Source: Squalus acanthias (taxonomy: Eukaryota). From it: a stretch of 64,000 bases of DNA. The notes under the pieces were generated by a model. That model searched no databases. It was not told where the DNA came from and saw nothing but the letters and a program-made list of their open reading frames with translations. The DNA lies in the NCBI GenBank assembly GCA_030390025.1, contig CM059446.1:20522001-20586000 (forward strand), read 5' to 3'. Below, one piece after another: positions 24,211 to 35,859 of the stretch. Numbering within the stretch: the stretch's first letter is position 1; every line of letters begins with the position of its first letter. The position numbers and the translations under genes were made by a program.

Positions 24211-27200
24211 ATAGGCCAGGTTAGCAACTAAACATCACAGTTCTTCATCAGACCCCATGAGCAGTGCAATTGGAGGCCACCTTGTATAAAAATACGTTTC
24301 AATTTTCTGCCAGGGTTTCATCCCATTTTGTGTTGCCTAAGTTTGGGTCATATCTTTAACATCTAATGATTTTTATGCCGATTGTGTTATAATCACAGCA
24401 AGCTTATCAAGAAAAATTAGATTGATTCCCTGGAGATGTTAGATTGCGTATAAATATAGGATTGGTTCCTAGGCAGTTATGTTATTGAGGAGTTTAGGAA
24501 ACACCAGAAGCCTTAAACAAAACTCAAATCATTGGAGAATTCATGTCAATCCTGAGAGGACTGGTTTGAAGTCGCTCCGACATATCTGTTCGTGTATGTT
24601 GTAGAAGTAGCTTTAATCTTAATTTTATTTCTTATAGTGAGTCTTCCATAATCATATCAGCAAGGTTTTGATCAAAGGTTGACTGTATGCACTCATGAAC
24701 TTTACATTGTGGATTGAAGGAGGTGGTGGATGTGTTAATGGTCACCTTTTGTTGCGTTTGGTTTGCTGTGCAATTTTGCTTTGAGGATATTGGATAGCAA
24801 TACCAACTGACTCCTGAATAAAACGTGCCCTTTGTGTTCGTCTTTAATCTATTTTCCTTTGAATGTGTCAATAACATGGGTAGGCAAGACAAGTATTTGA
24901 ACAATGGACATGTTAGTATGGAAAATCTGCAACAAAGCAAAACTCCTGCAGTAGAATAAAACTGCATGTCATTGCTTTATCTCTGCTCTTTTTTTCCTTT
25001 CCCACTTCCTGTGCTATTTCTGAACTGTAATTCCTTGGATATACAGAGCCATTCCAGATGTGCCCTGCCAAAGGTCCCCCTCTCGCTGCCTACTACTTGT
25101 AGTGAGTGATTCCAACCCGTCCTCTTGGCACTAGTCCTGCATTGGTGGCCAAAGTAAGTGGGATCTCTTCTGGTCCAAGTAATGGGGCAGTGTGTTTTTT
25201 TTTTTTTAACTCTCCGAAGAGACTGAGCCCACGTTGAATTGCTGGGATTTGGGTTCGATGGCACATCACAGTGATAGGCTGTGTGGCTGCAAGCAGTAAA
25301 ATGTTGCCTGGCCCTCGTAGATGAGGGTTTCTGTGAACGCCCACCTGAGAGCCCAATGGTGATGTTTGGGTTCAAAGATCAAGTACAAATGAAGGATTTT
25401 ATGGATCTGGTCAGGAGGGCTCCTGCCCAAATTGAGTGCATAATAATCCACAGCGATGTAGCTCTGCCAGCGAGTTACCAGAACCAATGAGTTACAGCTG
25501 TAGAACCAGGCAAGGCTAGAATAAACATGGTGAAAATGATGAGCTTTCTGTCTTATAACTCCTACTGTGCTGACATATACCGTACAAGTGACCAGTTCGC
25601 ACAATTTGGATCAGATTTTTTTTATTCCAGAAGGTTAAAGGAATGAAGTTAGTTGACTTGTGCTTAAGCTCAGATTCTTATTTCAGCCGTGAGTAATTTT
25701 TGTCGACACACATGCCTGAGTCAGAAAATGTCTAATTTGTAGCTATCACCCTTGAAGGATTGTGAGCTGTCTGCAGTTGGTGATAAGAATGTAAGACTCC
25801 ATTCTTCAGCACCTGCGATATGTGGCTCAGCCTTTCACGTCACATTATGAGAAATTCCCTCTCAACTCCTGTGGTGGTGGGGCATTAGGATTGCTTCATA
25901 AAGGGATGGAGAAGAGAGGCTTTTTGAGGATATGGAATTGTCATTAATTGCCTTGAAGAAACTTAATGGCCACCCAGCCAAGAGTTGAGCCAATCAGTTG
26001 TGGGATAACTGGTATTAAAATCTGTGCAAACAGAAGAATGCTGGCAGCTTTGGGACCGAGCCATTATCCAGGACAAATTTGAAAGAACTGCTGTCCAATA
26101 CCATGCTTGCAGTTTGGTACCAGCAGCCCTATGATTGGAAAGTTCCTCCCACCCATCTTCATCTAACCCCCATCAACATAACTTTCTCTTCCTTTCTCGC
26201 TCATGTGTTTACCTTTTTTTTTCTGTTCTAGATCGAGCCATTGATTAAGAATCTAATCCATATGTTATAGCATGTAAAGCTGTTGGAAATTTTGCCCTGT
26301 CTATCTCCCATTTCAGCCAAGCATTAATGCCGAGAAACTTGCATCTGCTTGGTGCTGAAAGAGGGAAGAGTCCCTGAATCGTTTAGATGAAGCTTCAGCC
26401 GAGCACTTTGCAATAGGTAGCTATAATGCTGCAGAGAGGTCTGTGAAATAGGAAAATGTACAGAAGATCGTCCGTGTATAAGACTTGTGACACTCTGAGA
26501 TTCCCATGTGAATTCCGCATACAAGATCCTAACATCCGCTGCCAGAGATTCAATAGATGGGTAAACAAATTCAGTGACGGTGGATACTTGTGCTTCACGT
26601 TCTGATGCACAGGGAAACTGCGTGATGCCAACACCCACTACAATGAGGACTGCGGTTCAGAATAAGTAATCCCCATCCAATGCAAGAATGATGGGCCAAA
26701 GCCCATCCTAACTAGGACTCTTTTTGAGAAGATCTACTCAAACCGATCAAGCTTCTTTTGAGTAGTCAATGACAATATCAACAGAGGGTCGAGTTTATCC
26801 ATAGAACAATGGAATATTTTGAGGAACCAGCAAGCATTATCATGAGTGTGCGTCCAGATATATGAAGGTGCTATACCAATTGAGGGACCAACCCCTTTGA
26901 GCCTAATAACCAATATCTTACAATCCAGGTTGGTCAGTATGAAATTAGTCCACCTTATGGATGGAGAAAATGGAGCATTGCAACACACGTTTGAGAAAGT
27001 GTCTCTATCCTGTGTTTTTTTTTTACAGATTTTGATTTCTTTCAAAACAATGCAGGATCATTTTTTACTATTCTAAGACATACTGGTGAACTAAGTAGTT
27101 ACATAGTCATGCAACTTGAAAGTTTAATCTCTATTAACACGGGGCTTGCATTTTGTGATTCACCTGTTTGCGTTGGCTACAGGTATTTTGGAGTGGGTGC

Positions 27201-27453
27201 CTCACAGCGGGGAAACTCGGCTTCCAGATGGCATTCTGTATGTCTGAATCCTTTTGTCACCAGGAACATAAGGGTGAGGTGGTGTTCAGTGCCACCAGTG
27301 TGACCTGTTTACTCACTGTTCTGGAATGCGTGTGTACTAGGCAGGGTTTACACTACTAATGTGCTAGAACCTGACCACGTTCACTCTGGGTTAAAACCAT
27401 GATATTTAACTGTGGCATATCGTTGAATTTGTCCCTTCATCCTTTTCTCCTAG

Positions 27454-27544
27454 GTGTTTGCGCCCAGAGTAGGCGTTATGTATCTACTAGCAAGTTTGGC
27501 ATTTCTGTTTTATTACAGTAAAGTACCTGAAAGATACTTTCCTG
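27454..27544 (+). CDS. PAQR3: PAQR3-like, coding exon 5 (VFAPRVGVMYLLASLAFLFYYSKVPERYFP)
   Basis: PERYFPG motif; TAG/GTAAGT boundaries; 91 nt, phase 0 to 1; absent from ORF track. Confidence 0.95.
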
Positions 27545-28059
27545 GTAAGTCTCGCTCTCTCTCGCTCGGTATTTTTAATCTGCTGTATATGAAGAATATA
27601 TTTTGCCCCTCATATTCACTGTAAACTTCTGCCTTTCTGACAACTGGCATTAGAATGAGAAATAATTAAGGCCAATTCAACCTATTGCTTCAAGGGTAAT
27701 GCCTCCGACATACTGGGGTAAACTTTGATCTTCAGCTCTTCCAGCGTAGAGCTTTGCGCACTAGGTGTGCACCCCATGATTTCCAGGCACATGAAGGAGT
27801 ACTGATGACTAGAATCTGCCCCCCCGCCCCCCGCCATGTTGGTACCTGTCATGATACCGTTTCTAGAGCGGGACAAGCAAGCAGTGTGGTTATTTGCTGT
27901 GCATTCAACACTATTCTTGAATGGGGGAAAAGTGGAGCCGCATGTATACACATTCCCACAGCTCTGCTTACTGGCCTCCAAATGCTGGTGTTGAAATTAG
28001 AAAAGAGCCGACCCAGAACTGCCGTACCCCGAGAAAGTCAGCGGCCGCCTTTCCTGGGC

Positions 28060-28280
28060 TCGGGAAGCTGTGGATCGCTGCCTCGGCCCTAAGCTCTGAA
28101 ACTCCCTCCCTAAACCTCTCCGCCTCTCTCTCCTCCTTTAAGACGCTCCTTTAAAAGCTACCTCTTTGACCAAGCTTTTGGTCACCTGTCCTAATATCGC
28201 TTTATGTGGCCCGATATCCGATTTTTGTTTGACGCTCCTGTGAAGTGCCTTGGGGCGCTATATAAATGCAGGTGGTTGTT
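28060..28280 (+). mobile_element. L2-clade 3' end
   Basis: CTCTTTGACCAAGCTTTTGGTCACCTGTCCTAATAT...ATAAATGCAGGTGGTTGTT, same family as 12998-13460. Confidence 0.7.
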
Positions 28281-29744
28281 GGTTGTTTGGCTGGTCCAAG
28301 GTGATTACCCTCATTGGTGTTATGGGGTTCCTCTCCACGTGTAGAAGGCCTGACTGGTAGGTCTTTGTGAAAGTAGAGATCAAACTTATTTTTTCAAAAA
28401 AAATAAAGGATACTTTTTAATAAAGTTATATATTTTTGAAAATGGGATAGGGGAGTCCTTTGAATAAGAAGTATTTGCCCCCTCATCCCCAGACTTTCCT
28501 TCTCCTTCAGGTCCCTTGGTTTAAACAGCTTTTGCTATGTTTCTTTCTCGGTAATAACTGGATCTATGCAAACTTATAAAGTGATTGAAATCCTGGGTAT
28601 AGAATCCCTATGTGAACTGGGACAGCTTCTGATGCGCAATAGTATTTTATTACAGAGTCTGTCTTTACTTCCTGCCATCCCTTGCCCTTTCATGATCAGG
28701 TACACCATAGAACATAATCCAGCTCAGCTTCACTTTATGTCAAGACAGTCTGAATTCCCAGAAGAAACCCACAATCTCTCCCTCATTACAGGCTGCCTTT
28801 GCCCCAGGGTATAATCTTGCTGTGCTGTCCACAGGGAATGGAGTGTTTTTGCAGTGACTATTTTGTTCAGTATTTTTCCACCACTGGGCAGGTGGACTGT
28901 GCCGTGGTACTTCAAGGGATGAAGTGCCCTGTGGTAAGGCTCACCAAAGAAATAACAGTCAAACTACTCTGCCACAAACTCATTTATCGCTTGAAGCTAT
29001 CATCAGTGTCCCCAGTGCAGGCAAGTGAGAGTCTGTGTCAGATTGAGACTATCTTGGAGAATTTTATTTTTACATGGTATTTTGATTCGACACAATTATT
29101 GAAATACTGCACAGTGCCCTCGGGCATTTCCTTTATGAGGAGTAAACTGCAGAGCGCCTTTCCTCCTTGGTGGAAACTTGTGCGCAAATTGGCTGCCACG
29201 TTTCCTACATTACAACAATAATTAACAGTTCAGAAGCACTACATTGGCTGTAAAGCACTTTGGGACGTCCTGAGGTCGTGATAGGTGCTACATAAATGCA
29301 AGTTCTCTCTCTCCTTTCTTTCTTTCTCTCTCTTTCTGTTGCTCTCTCTCGTTCTCCCTTTTTTCCTCTCTTTTCTCTCTCCCCATTTTAATTTTCTTAC
29401 TAGGGATGGGCAATCAATGCCAGCCTTGCCAGCGACACCCACACCCTGAAATGTTTTTTACATTGGGCTTTTACTGCACCTTTTTAAAGCTCGTTGCTTT
29501 ACGAGAGTAAACTTTTAAGAATATTTTATATACTGACACTCCCAAGAGTTCTGCCCATTTCGGAATTACAGATACTCTTCCAATCCCTAAGTGTCGGCAT
29601 AACAAAGGTTGCGTATTTAGAATTTGAACTAATCTTTCTGCATATGTTTTATTGGTTCACTTACTTTTTCCTGTTGAAGCTAATTCTCAGATTCTGTCAC
29701 AAACCCAGTAAAGCACAGGCAGAAGCCAAAGGTACGATCCTGTG

Positions 29745-30635
29745 AGTTCCTTTTAGTGCTCACTAAACTTGGTTATAGGGGGCACAATATTGAAGTTTGC
29801 TGACAGTACAGATGTAGGGAGTTTGGGAAGCAGTGAGGTGGCCTGTAAAAGGCTCAGGAGGACGTGGCCAGGATAGTGGATCGGGCAGGCTGGTGGCAGA
29901 TGCAGTTTATTGTGGTAAAGTGTGAGGTAATGCATATTGGGATGAAAAACTAGGAATGTGAGCACACGTTTAATGGACAGACACTGAAGGGTGTGGATGA
30001 ACAGTGAGACCTAGGGATTCAAATATATAATTCATGGAAAGGGTAAGTGCAGGTAAATAAAACCATAAATAGGTCAACATTTTTTTTTAGTTTTATAAAT
30101 AGGGTCATAGAGTTCAAAAGCAAAGAGGTATAAAGTTTGTACAAGCCAATGGTTAAGCCACAGTATGAGTAGGATGTGCAGTTTTGAGCACTCCATTATA
30201 GAAAGAACGTTAAACCACAGTATGTGTATGGTGTGGATTCTCCAGGATATCGGGCATGAAAAACTTTGCTTATGAGGAGAGACTTGAGATTCTGAGACTA
30301 TGCCCCTGGAGCAGAGAAACCTGAGAGGAGATTAAATGGGGTTTTCAAAAAAATTATTAAACATTTCGATAGGGTGAGTAAGGAAAGGTTTCCTCTACTT
30401 TGGGAGAATCAGTAACGAGGAGTCATCGATCCTCCAATGGGAGTGAGGAGAGAGGCGAGCAGAATTGTCTGTACATAGAGAGATGATAGAGGGAATAGTC
30501 GCAGCAGTGTCTTTTAAGGGAAAAGTGGTTAGATATTTGAAGCTGAGAAAAATACAGGGCTGTGGATAGAGTAAGAAAATGAGATTAGCTAAGAGCTGGC
30601 ACTGGGCCTAAATGCCTCCTCCTGTGCTGTAAACG
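29745..30635 (+). mobile_element. Old CR1 3' fragment
   Basis: AAGTTTGCTGA (KFAD) RT remnant, TGGCAGATGCAGTTT..AAGTGTGAGGTAATGCAT, CR1 tail. Confidence 0.7.
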
Positions 30636-31509
30636 CCCAATATTGAAGTCACACATTAGTCTGGTGACTGGATCAAGGGTTATACATTTGAATTTTAGGC
30701 TTGGTCAACAATCAGCCATCTGTTCTTGGTTGTTCCTAACCCGGCTAGTGGGTGGTTCGCTGCACAGCACCAGAACAGGCCAACTCAGGGAGGAGAACCT
30801 CAAATGGGGAGCACTGCACTTGACTGGCCTCACTCGCTCAGACTTAGCACTGCGGTAAATTGTGCAGTGCGACAAAGGAGAGACACAGTAGCCGTATGTG
30901 ATCAGACACAGACACTCGAACCATGGACCCGTCAAGTAGGATAGTGAGAATTTATACTGATAGTACAACACATACCTTTCCATCAGAGATTCATCAGATT
31001 TATAAAGTATTTTTCTTGCAAAGGAGAATGTGCAGGACAAACTCGTATATTTAATGTAAAATCCAGTTTAGAGTTCAATTATTGGCACGTAATGAATGAA
31101 CCCACCTCCTGGTAGGTCAGCAGTCGGGACGCTACAATTGGTTTGACGTTCTTGACGTGGGGGAGGGAGCAAAACCAAGAAGTGACACTCATGCTAGGTT
31201 CACACAAGAGGACTGGGCCCCTGAGCTAGGTACGAGAGGTCTACTGCCACCTCCGAAGCTATACCCCAACAACGGATAATTGCCTTCAGGAAAGGAGGGG
31301 TAAAGGCAGAAAACTGGCACCGTGTCATACAGACAATGTCTGGTTGAAACATTACCAGTGCTATATTTAGCCGCTAGGTATTTAGGTTTAGCCTTCACAA
31401 CATACAAAATGAGAAATGATGCAGGATTTAGCAACATTTCACTATTTATAACAATGTTTTCTATAATGTCACAGTTGGGTGTATTTATGTTTGGAACTAA
31501 ATCAACATA

Positions 31510-31692
31510 ACAAAAACAGATTATCTGATCTTTATCACATTGCTGTTTGTGGGAGCTTGCTGTGCGCAAATTGGCTGCCGCGTTTTCTACATTACAACAG
31601 TGACTACACTTTAAAAAAAAAAGTACTTAATTGGCTGTAAAGCGCTTTGGGACGTCCGGTGGTCATGAAAAGCGCGGTATAAATGTAAGTCT
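31510..31692 (+). mobile_element. Deu-domain SINE 3' fragment
   Basis: CAGATTATCTG...TTGGCTGTAAAGCGCTTTGGGACGTCC. Confidence 0.8.
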
Positions 31693-31813
31693 TGGGAAGA
31701 GTGAAGCGTTGTGTGTTTGGGTTTAAAAACAGAATATGCATTGTGAAGATGGTTAGTTATTCCTTCCATTTTGTTTTGCTATTTGCATTCTAATCAGAGT
31801 TCTTGTTTTCCAG

Positions 31814-31953
31814 GTGGATACTTGAATTACTTTGGCTGTAGTCACCAATGGTGGCATTTCTTGGTAGTTTTAATGTTCTATTGGTGGCATCAGACTGCTG
31901 TTCACATAATGCATTATAGACATGAGCAGCCATGTCTAAAAATAACAAAGTAA
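31814..31953 (+). CDS. PAQR3: PAQR3-like, last coding exon (GYLNYFGCSHQWWHFLVVLMFYWWHQ...CLKITK*)
   Basis: HxxxH motif (HQWWH); acceptor TTGTTTTCCAG; phase 1; total CDS 185+163+156+198+91+140 = 933 nt, 310 aa, no stops or frameshifts. Confidence 0.95.
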
Positions 31954-34208
31954 ACTAAGTTTTCCAGCATTTCCTCAAGAGGACTGCTTTCCAATTAAGA
32001 ACAAAAACAAAACAATCCTACTAACTAATTCTTCAGTTCTACGAATCTTCTAACCAACTGCATGATTGCCTTCTAATTTACTTAAAACTGAATGTGTCTC
32101 GATCATGTGCTGTAAGTTTGAAGATTGTACTGTGGTACATGCTGGTACTGTGACACCGACTCAACGGTTCCTCAGACTTATTGTTGCATGAAGAAGCCTT
32201 TCTAATGAGCCAAATTGTTGGCTGCCCACTTTTCTAACGCTTGGATTGTGCCAGTAACTACTCGATATCACAAACTCAAGGTGCAGTAAAGGCAGCTACA
32301 ATAAAATGCCTTTTAACAAAGTCGCTGCATGTATTTGTAAAGTACAAACTGTATTTATTGAATTGTCTTTTTGGGTGCATTATAATGCCTGCTTTGTTCA
32401 GTGTTCTACATTTTTTTGTAGAAATGATTTAATATGTACGCTGCAAATTTAATATAACTAGAGGACAGAAAAGCAATTGTACTGCATGCAAAGTAACACA
32501 TTATAAATGTTTACAAGGCCTAACCCGTGCCCCTCCTAAACAGTAATATTTTTCCTGATATTTAATACTTGTTCAATAACCACTAAATCTGGTTTATGTT
32601 GTGAAGTAACCAATTAATTGGGAACAATACGTGCACTAACCGTTTTAATACAGGAGGCCACTTCATAATTTGTAAAATCACTTCATTTTTTAAAAAAAAT
32701 AAAGTTATGTGGGACTTAAATTTTAGGCGGGAGAAGGTAAAAAGAGGAGGGGAAAGTTACTCAACTTTTTATTTTTTTAAATGGGGAGATTTCATGTTAA
32801 ACTTTGAATATTGTATCCCTGACACCGTTGATGTAAAGTTTTTTTTCTGAAATATTGTCCTGGCCCATTTGCGTTGGTAAGTATTAGAAACTATTTAATT
32901 TCAGGAAACGTTAAGTATGCAAGTTGTTTTATGTTCCCATTTCCATGAAGAGCAAATGAACAAGGAGCTTCAAAGTTGCAATATGATTACTGCAATAAAT
33001 GGCTATTGGGTGCATGATTTAATCCCTTGAAATGTAAGGGTGCAAATTATATGGCTTTTATTGGAGAGGCTAATGTAAAAATAGGAATGTGACTTGTACA
33101 CTATTTGATAACTCAGCTGGTGTATTGGTCTTGTGCTAAGCCTGAATTTTCTTAAAGATCCAGTACCACAGTAGCCTGAAATCCCAAAGAATGCCTCATG
33201 AATTAGGCTGTAAGCACTATAACTGGAAGTGCTATTTTCCTATATTCAAACTTTATATAGTTTGATTTATCTACATTACCTTGATTGTCAGCTTACAGTG
33301 TAAAAGTGGTGGAGTAAATCTCGTATACTCCATGCAAGATTAACCTTTTCTTGAAGAAAAACTTGCACTGAATTAATCCAATTTGATTTGATATAGCTAT
33401 GCATATAATATAGGGATATATTCAAACATCTCTTAACAGGGATGAGTTGTGATCTATTAAAATGCACAGAAGTACCCAGAGATGCATTAATTTTTAAAAA
33501 TCTATTGACTGAAATATTCACAGCACAAGGATGATCAATTAATTCATTAATGCCAGAATGTTACGGGTACTCATTGATTTGAGGATTCCCGCAGTAAAAA
33601 TTGTGGGGTTAGATAACTTCAGTTCTGTTATACTGGTCATGAAACTCAAGTTCAGTCATCTTGTCATGAAGATACAATCATTTTGACTTGAATGATTACA
33701 GTATGCAGTAGCTGAATGACAAACTTTTGCTATTAGTCTTCCCTCTGAACTGCTCATCAGGTGGTTGGTAGGTTGACAGTGCACATTCTTCCAAATAGTA
33801 TGTCACCTCAACTCTGTGCTATCCCAGTTAAATGGCACTTTCCCCCCAGTTCTCCTATAGCTCTTGCAGTTCCTTTATAAAATGTTTTTGTTTTTTTTCT
33901 TTTTCTTGATATTCATGTACTTATTTTGAGTGATAGTAGCGTAGAGTTGTGCTCCATTATTTTTCCACTTGGGTCAGTGTTTTGTTGCAATGCTCCTAGT
34001 GCCAAATTTGTCTAACTATTGCAGTTGGTCTACTATCAAAGTATTCAGCTCATTCCCTCCAACCATGTTGACTTGGGGGTAGAGCTGCTTCAATCAGTAT
34101 TTGCTTATAACAAGGCAACATTGTTTTTGCTATTTAAACCATTTTTGTCTTTTGATATTACTTGAGTATTGTTTTGAAAATGTTTATAAACCTGAATGTT
34201 GCATCTTC

Positions 34209-34214
34209 AATAAA
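34209..34214 (+). terminator. Candidate distal poly(A) signal of the PAQR3-like gene (others at ~32300, ~32698, ~32994)
   Basis: AATAAA followed by U/GU-rich TTTGCTTCCTTGTGTCTT at the end of ~2.3 kb of AT-rich, apparently repeat-free 3' UTR-like sequence. Confidence 0.5.
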
Positions 34215-34284
34215 GACTTTTGATGTAGTTTGCTTCCTTGTGTCTTCTACCAACCTCCCCATTAGATGTGGAAAATTTAGAGTA

Positions 34285-34582
34285 GATATAAGTAGGAGCA
34301 GGAGTAGGCCATACATCCTTCGGGCCTGCTCCGCCATTCAATAGGATCATGGCTGATCCGAACCTAGACTCACGTCCACTTCCCTGCCCGCTCCCCATAA
34401 CCCTTAATGCCCTTATCAGCTAGGAAACTGGCCATCTCCGTTTTAAATTTATTTAATGTCGCAGCTTCCACAGCTCTCTGAGGTAGCAAATTCCATAGAT
34501 TTACTACCCTCCTGAGTGAAGAAGTTTCTCCTCATCTCAGTTTTGAAATGGCAGCCCCTTATTCTAAGATTATGCCTCCTAG
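34285..34582 (-). mobile_element. CR1 3' end
   Basis: Homologous to 2161-2450. Confidence 0.75.
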
Positions 34583-35859
34583 ATATAATGGCTGTTGCTT
34601 TTTTTTTGGAAATTTCAGAATGTTCATAGTACAGAAGTAGAATGGAATTTTACATTTTAATTCAACATGGGCAACAAAAAAAACCTAGTTGTGTAACAGG
34701 GATGGCTGCATCACTAATCCATCATAACCACACTTAACAGAGCTCCTATTGACATTACTCCATATCACATTGAAATATTTGTCTCCACTAAATGTAGCCA
34801 TAAGCATAAATCAGCACTCTTGGGCTACAGTGCAAGATGCACAAAACTTGACTTGCTCACTGCAGGCTTCACCATAGAGCACTAAGGCAGCAGTATCTGC
34901 AATCTTCTATCGGCTTGCTTTCTGCTGGTTCAGGAAGTGGTTCTGCAGGAAATGAGGTTTGAATTTTTAATTTGCTCTTTCCTACATAAACACAAATGTT
35001 GACTTAGTCTCATAAACACAAACTGAATTCTAAACTCCACAGTACTGCATTGTTGAATGCAACAGTAATGAATACATTAGCATTTCATTAATGAGGTCTT
35101 TAATATAACACAGCTAAAGTGAGACTATGGAAACTCATTACAGTACAATATCTGGAATAAATGACCGTCTTGCATTTGTAATTTGACATTTGTTCACAAC
35201 TTTTAAAATCAGGGTGAGCAACATTAAAAATATCTGCCTGATACCCACACCTGTTAGTACTCAAAAGGTAGCAATTGTTTTGTGATTATAGACCTAGTTT
35301 TTCTACCTTCATTCCTTGCCATAACTGACGACAGACTTTAACTTCAGGATATTAATTTTCAGGGCCAGTATATTAAGATTGGGGTGGGGCATTGGGGAAA
35401 AAGAAAAGGGACATGGCCAGATGATGAAAAATATAGGACCGATACTTCAGTTTTATGGCATTGCACAATTTGGTTTACTAATGGGTTAAGTTCTGCTTTG
35501 TCAATGAGAAAGATTACAATCAATGGGGACATAGGCATAAGTTAATAGTGGTTGGTTATTGAATGTAAAGGTACCTGACTGGAAAAATCAGATGGAAAGG
35601 GAAATAGCCTTGATAAATTGACAAGGAAAACTGAAACAATGGGAAACTTTAAAACAAGACATGATTTGACATGATACAAACTAAATGCATTTCCACAAGT
35701 GAAGAGGGTGCAACAAAACTTGGAGTTCCTGGGAACAGTAGAGAAATGAAAACTAAAAAGGAGACATAGAAGCAGGAGAAGTCCAAGGCTAATAAAACAG
35801 AACAAAATCAGTACAGGAAATGCAGAGGGGAAGCAAAAAATATATATATATAGGTAGGC

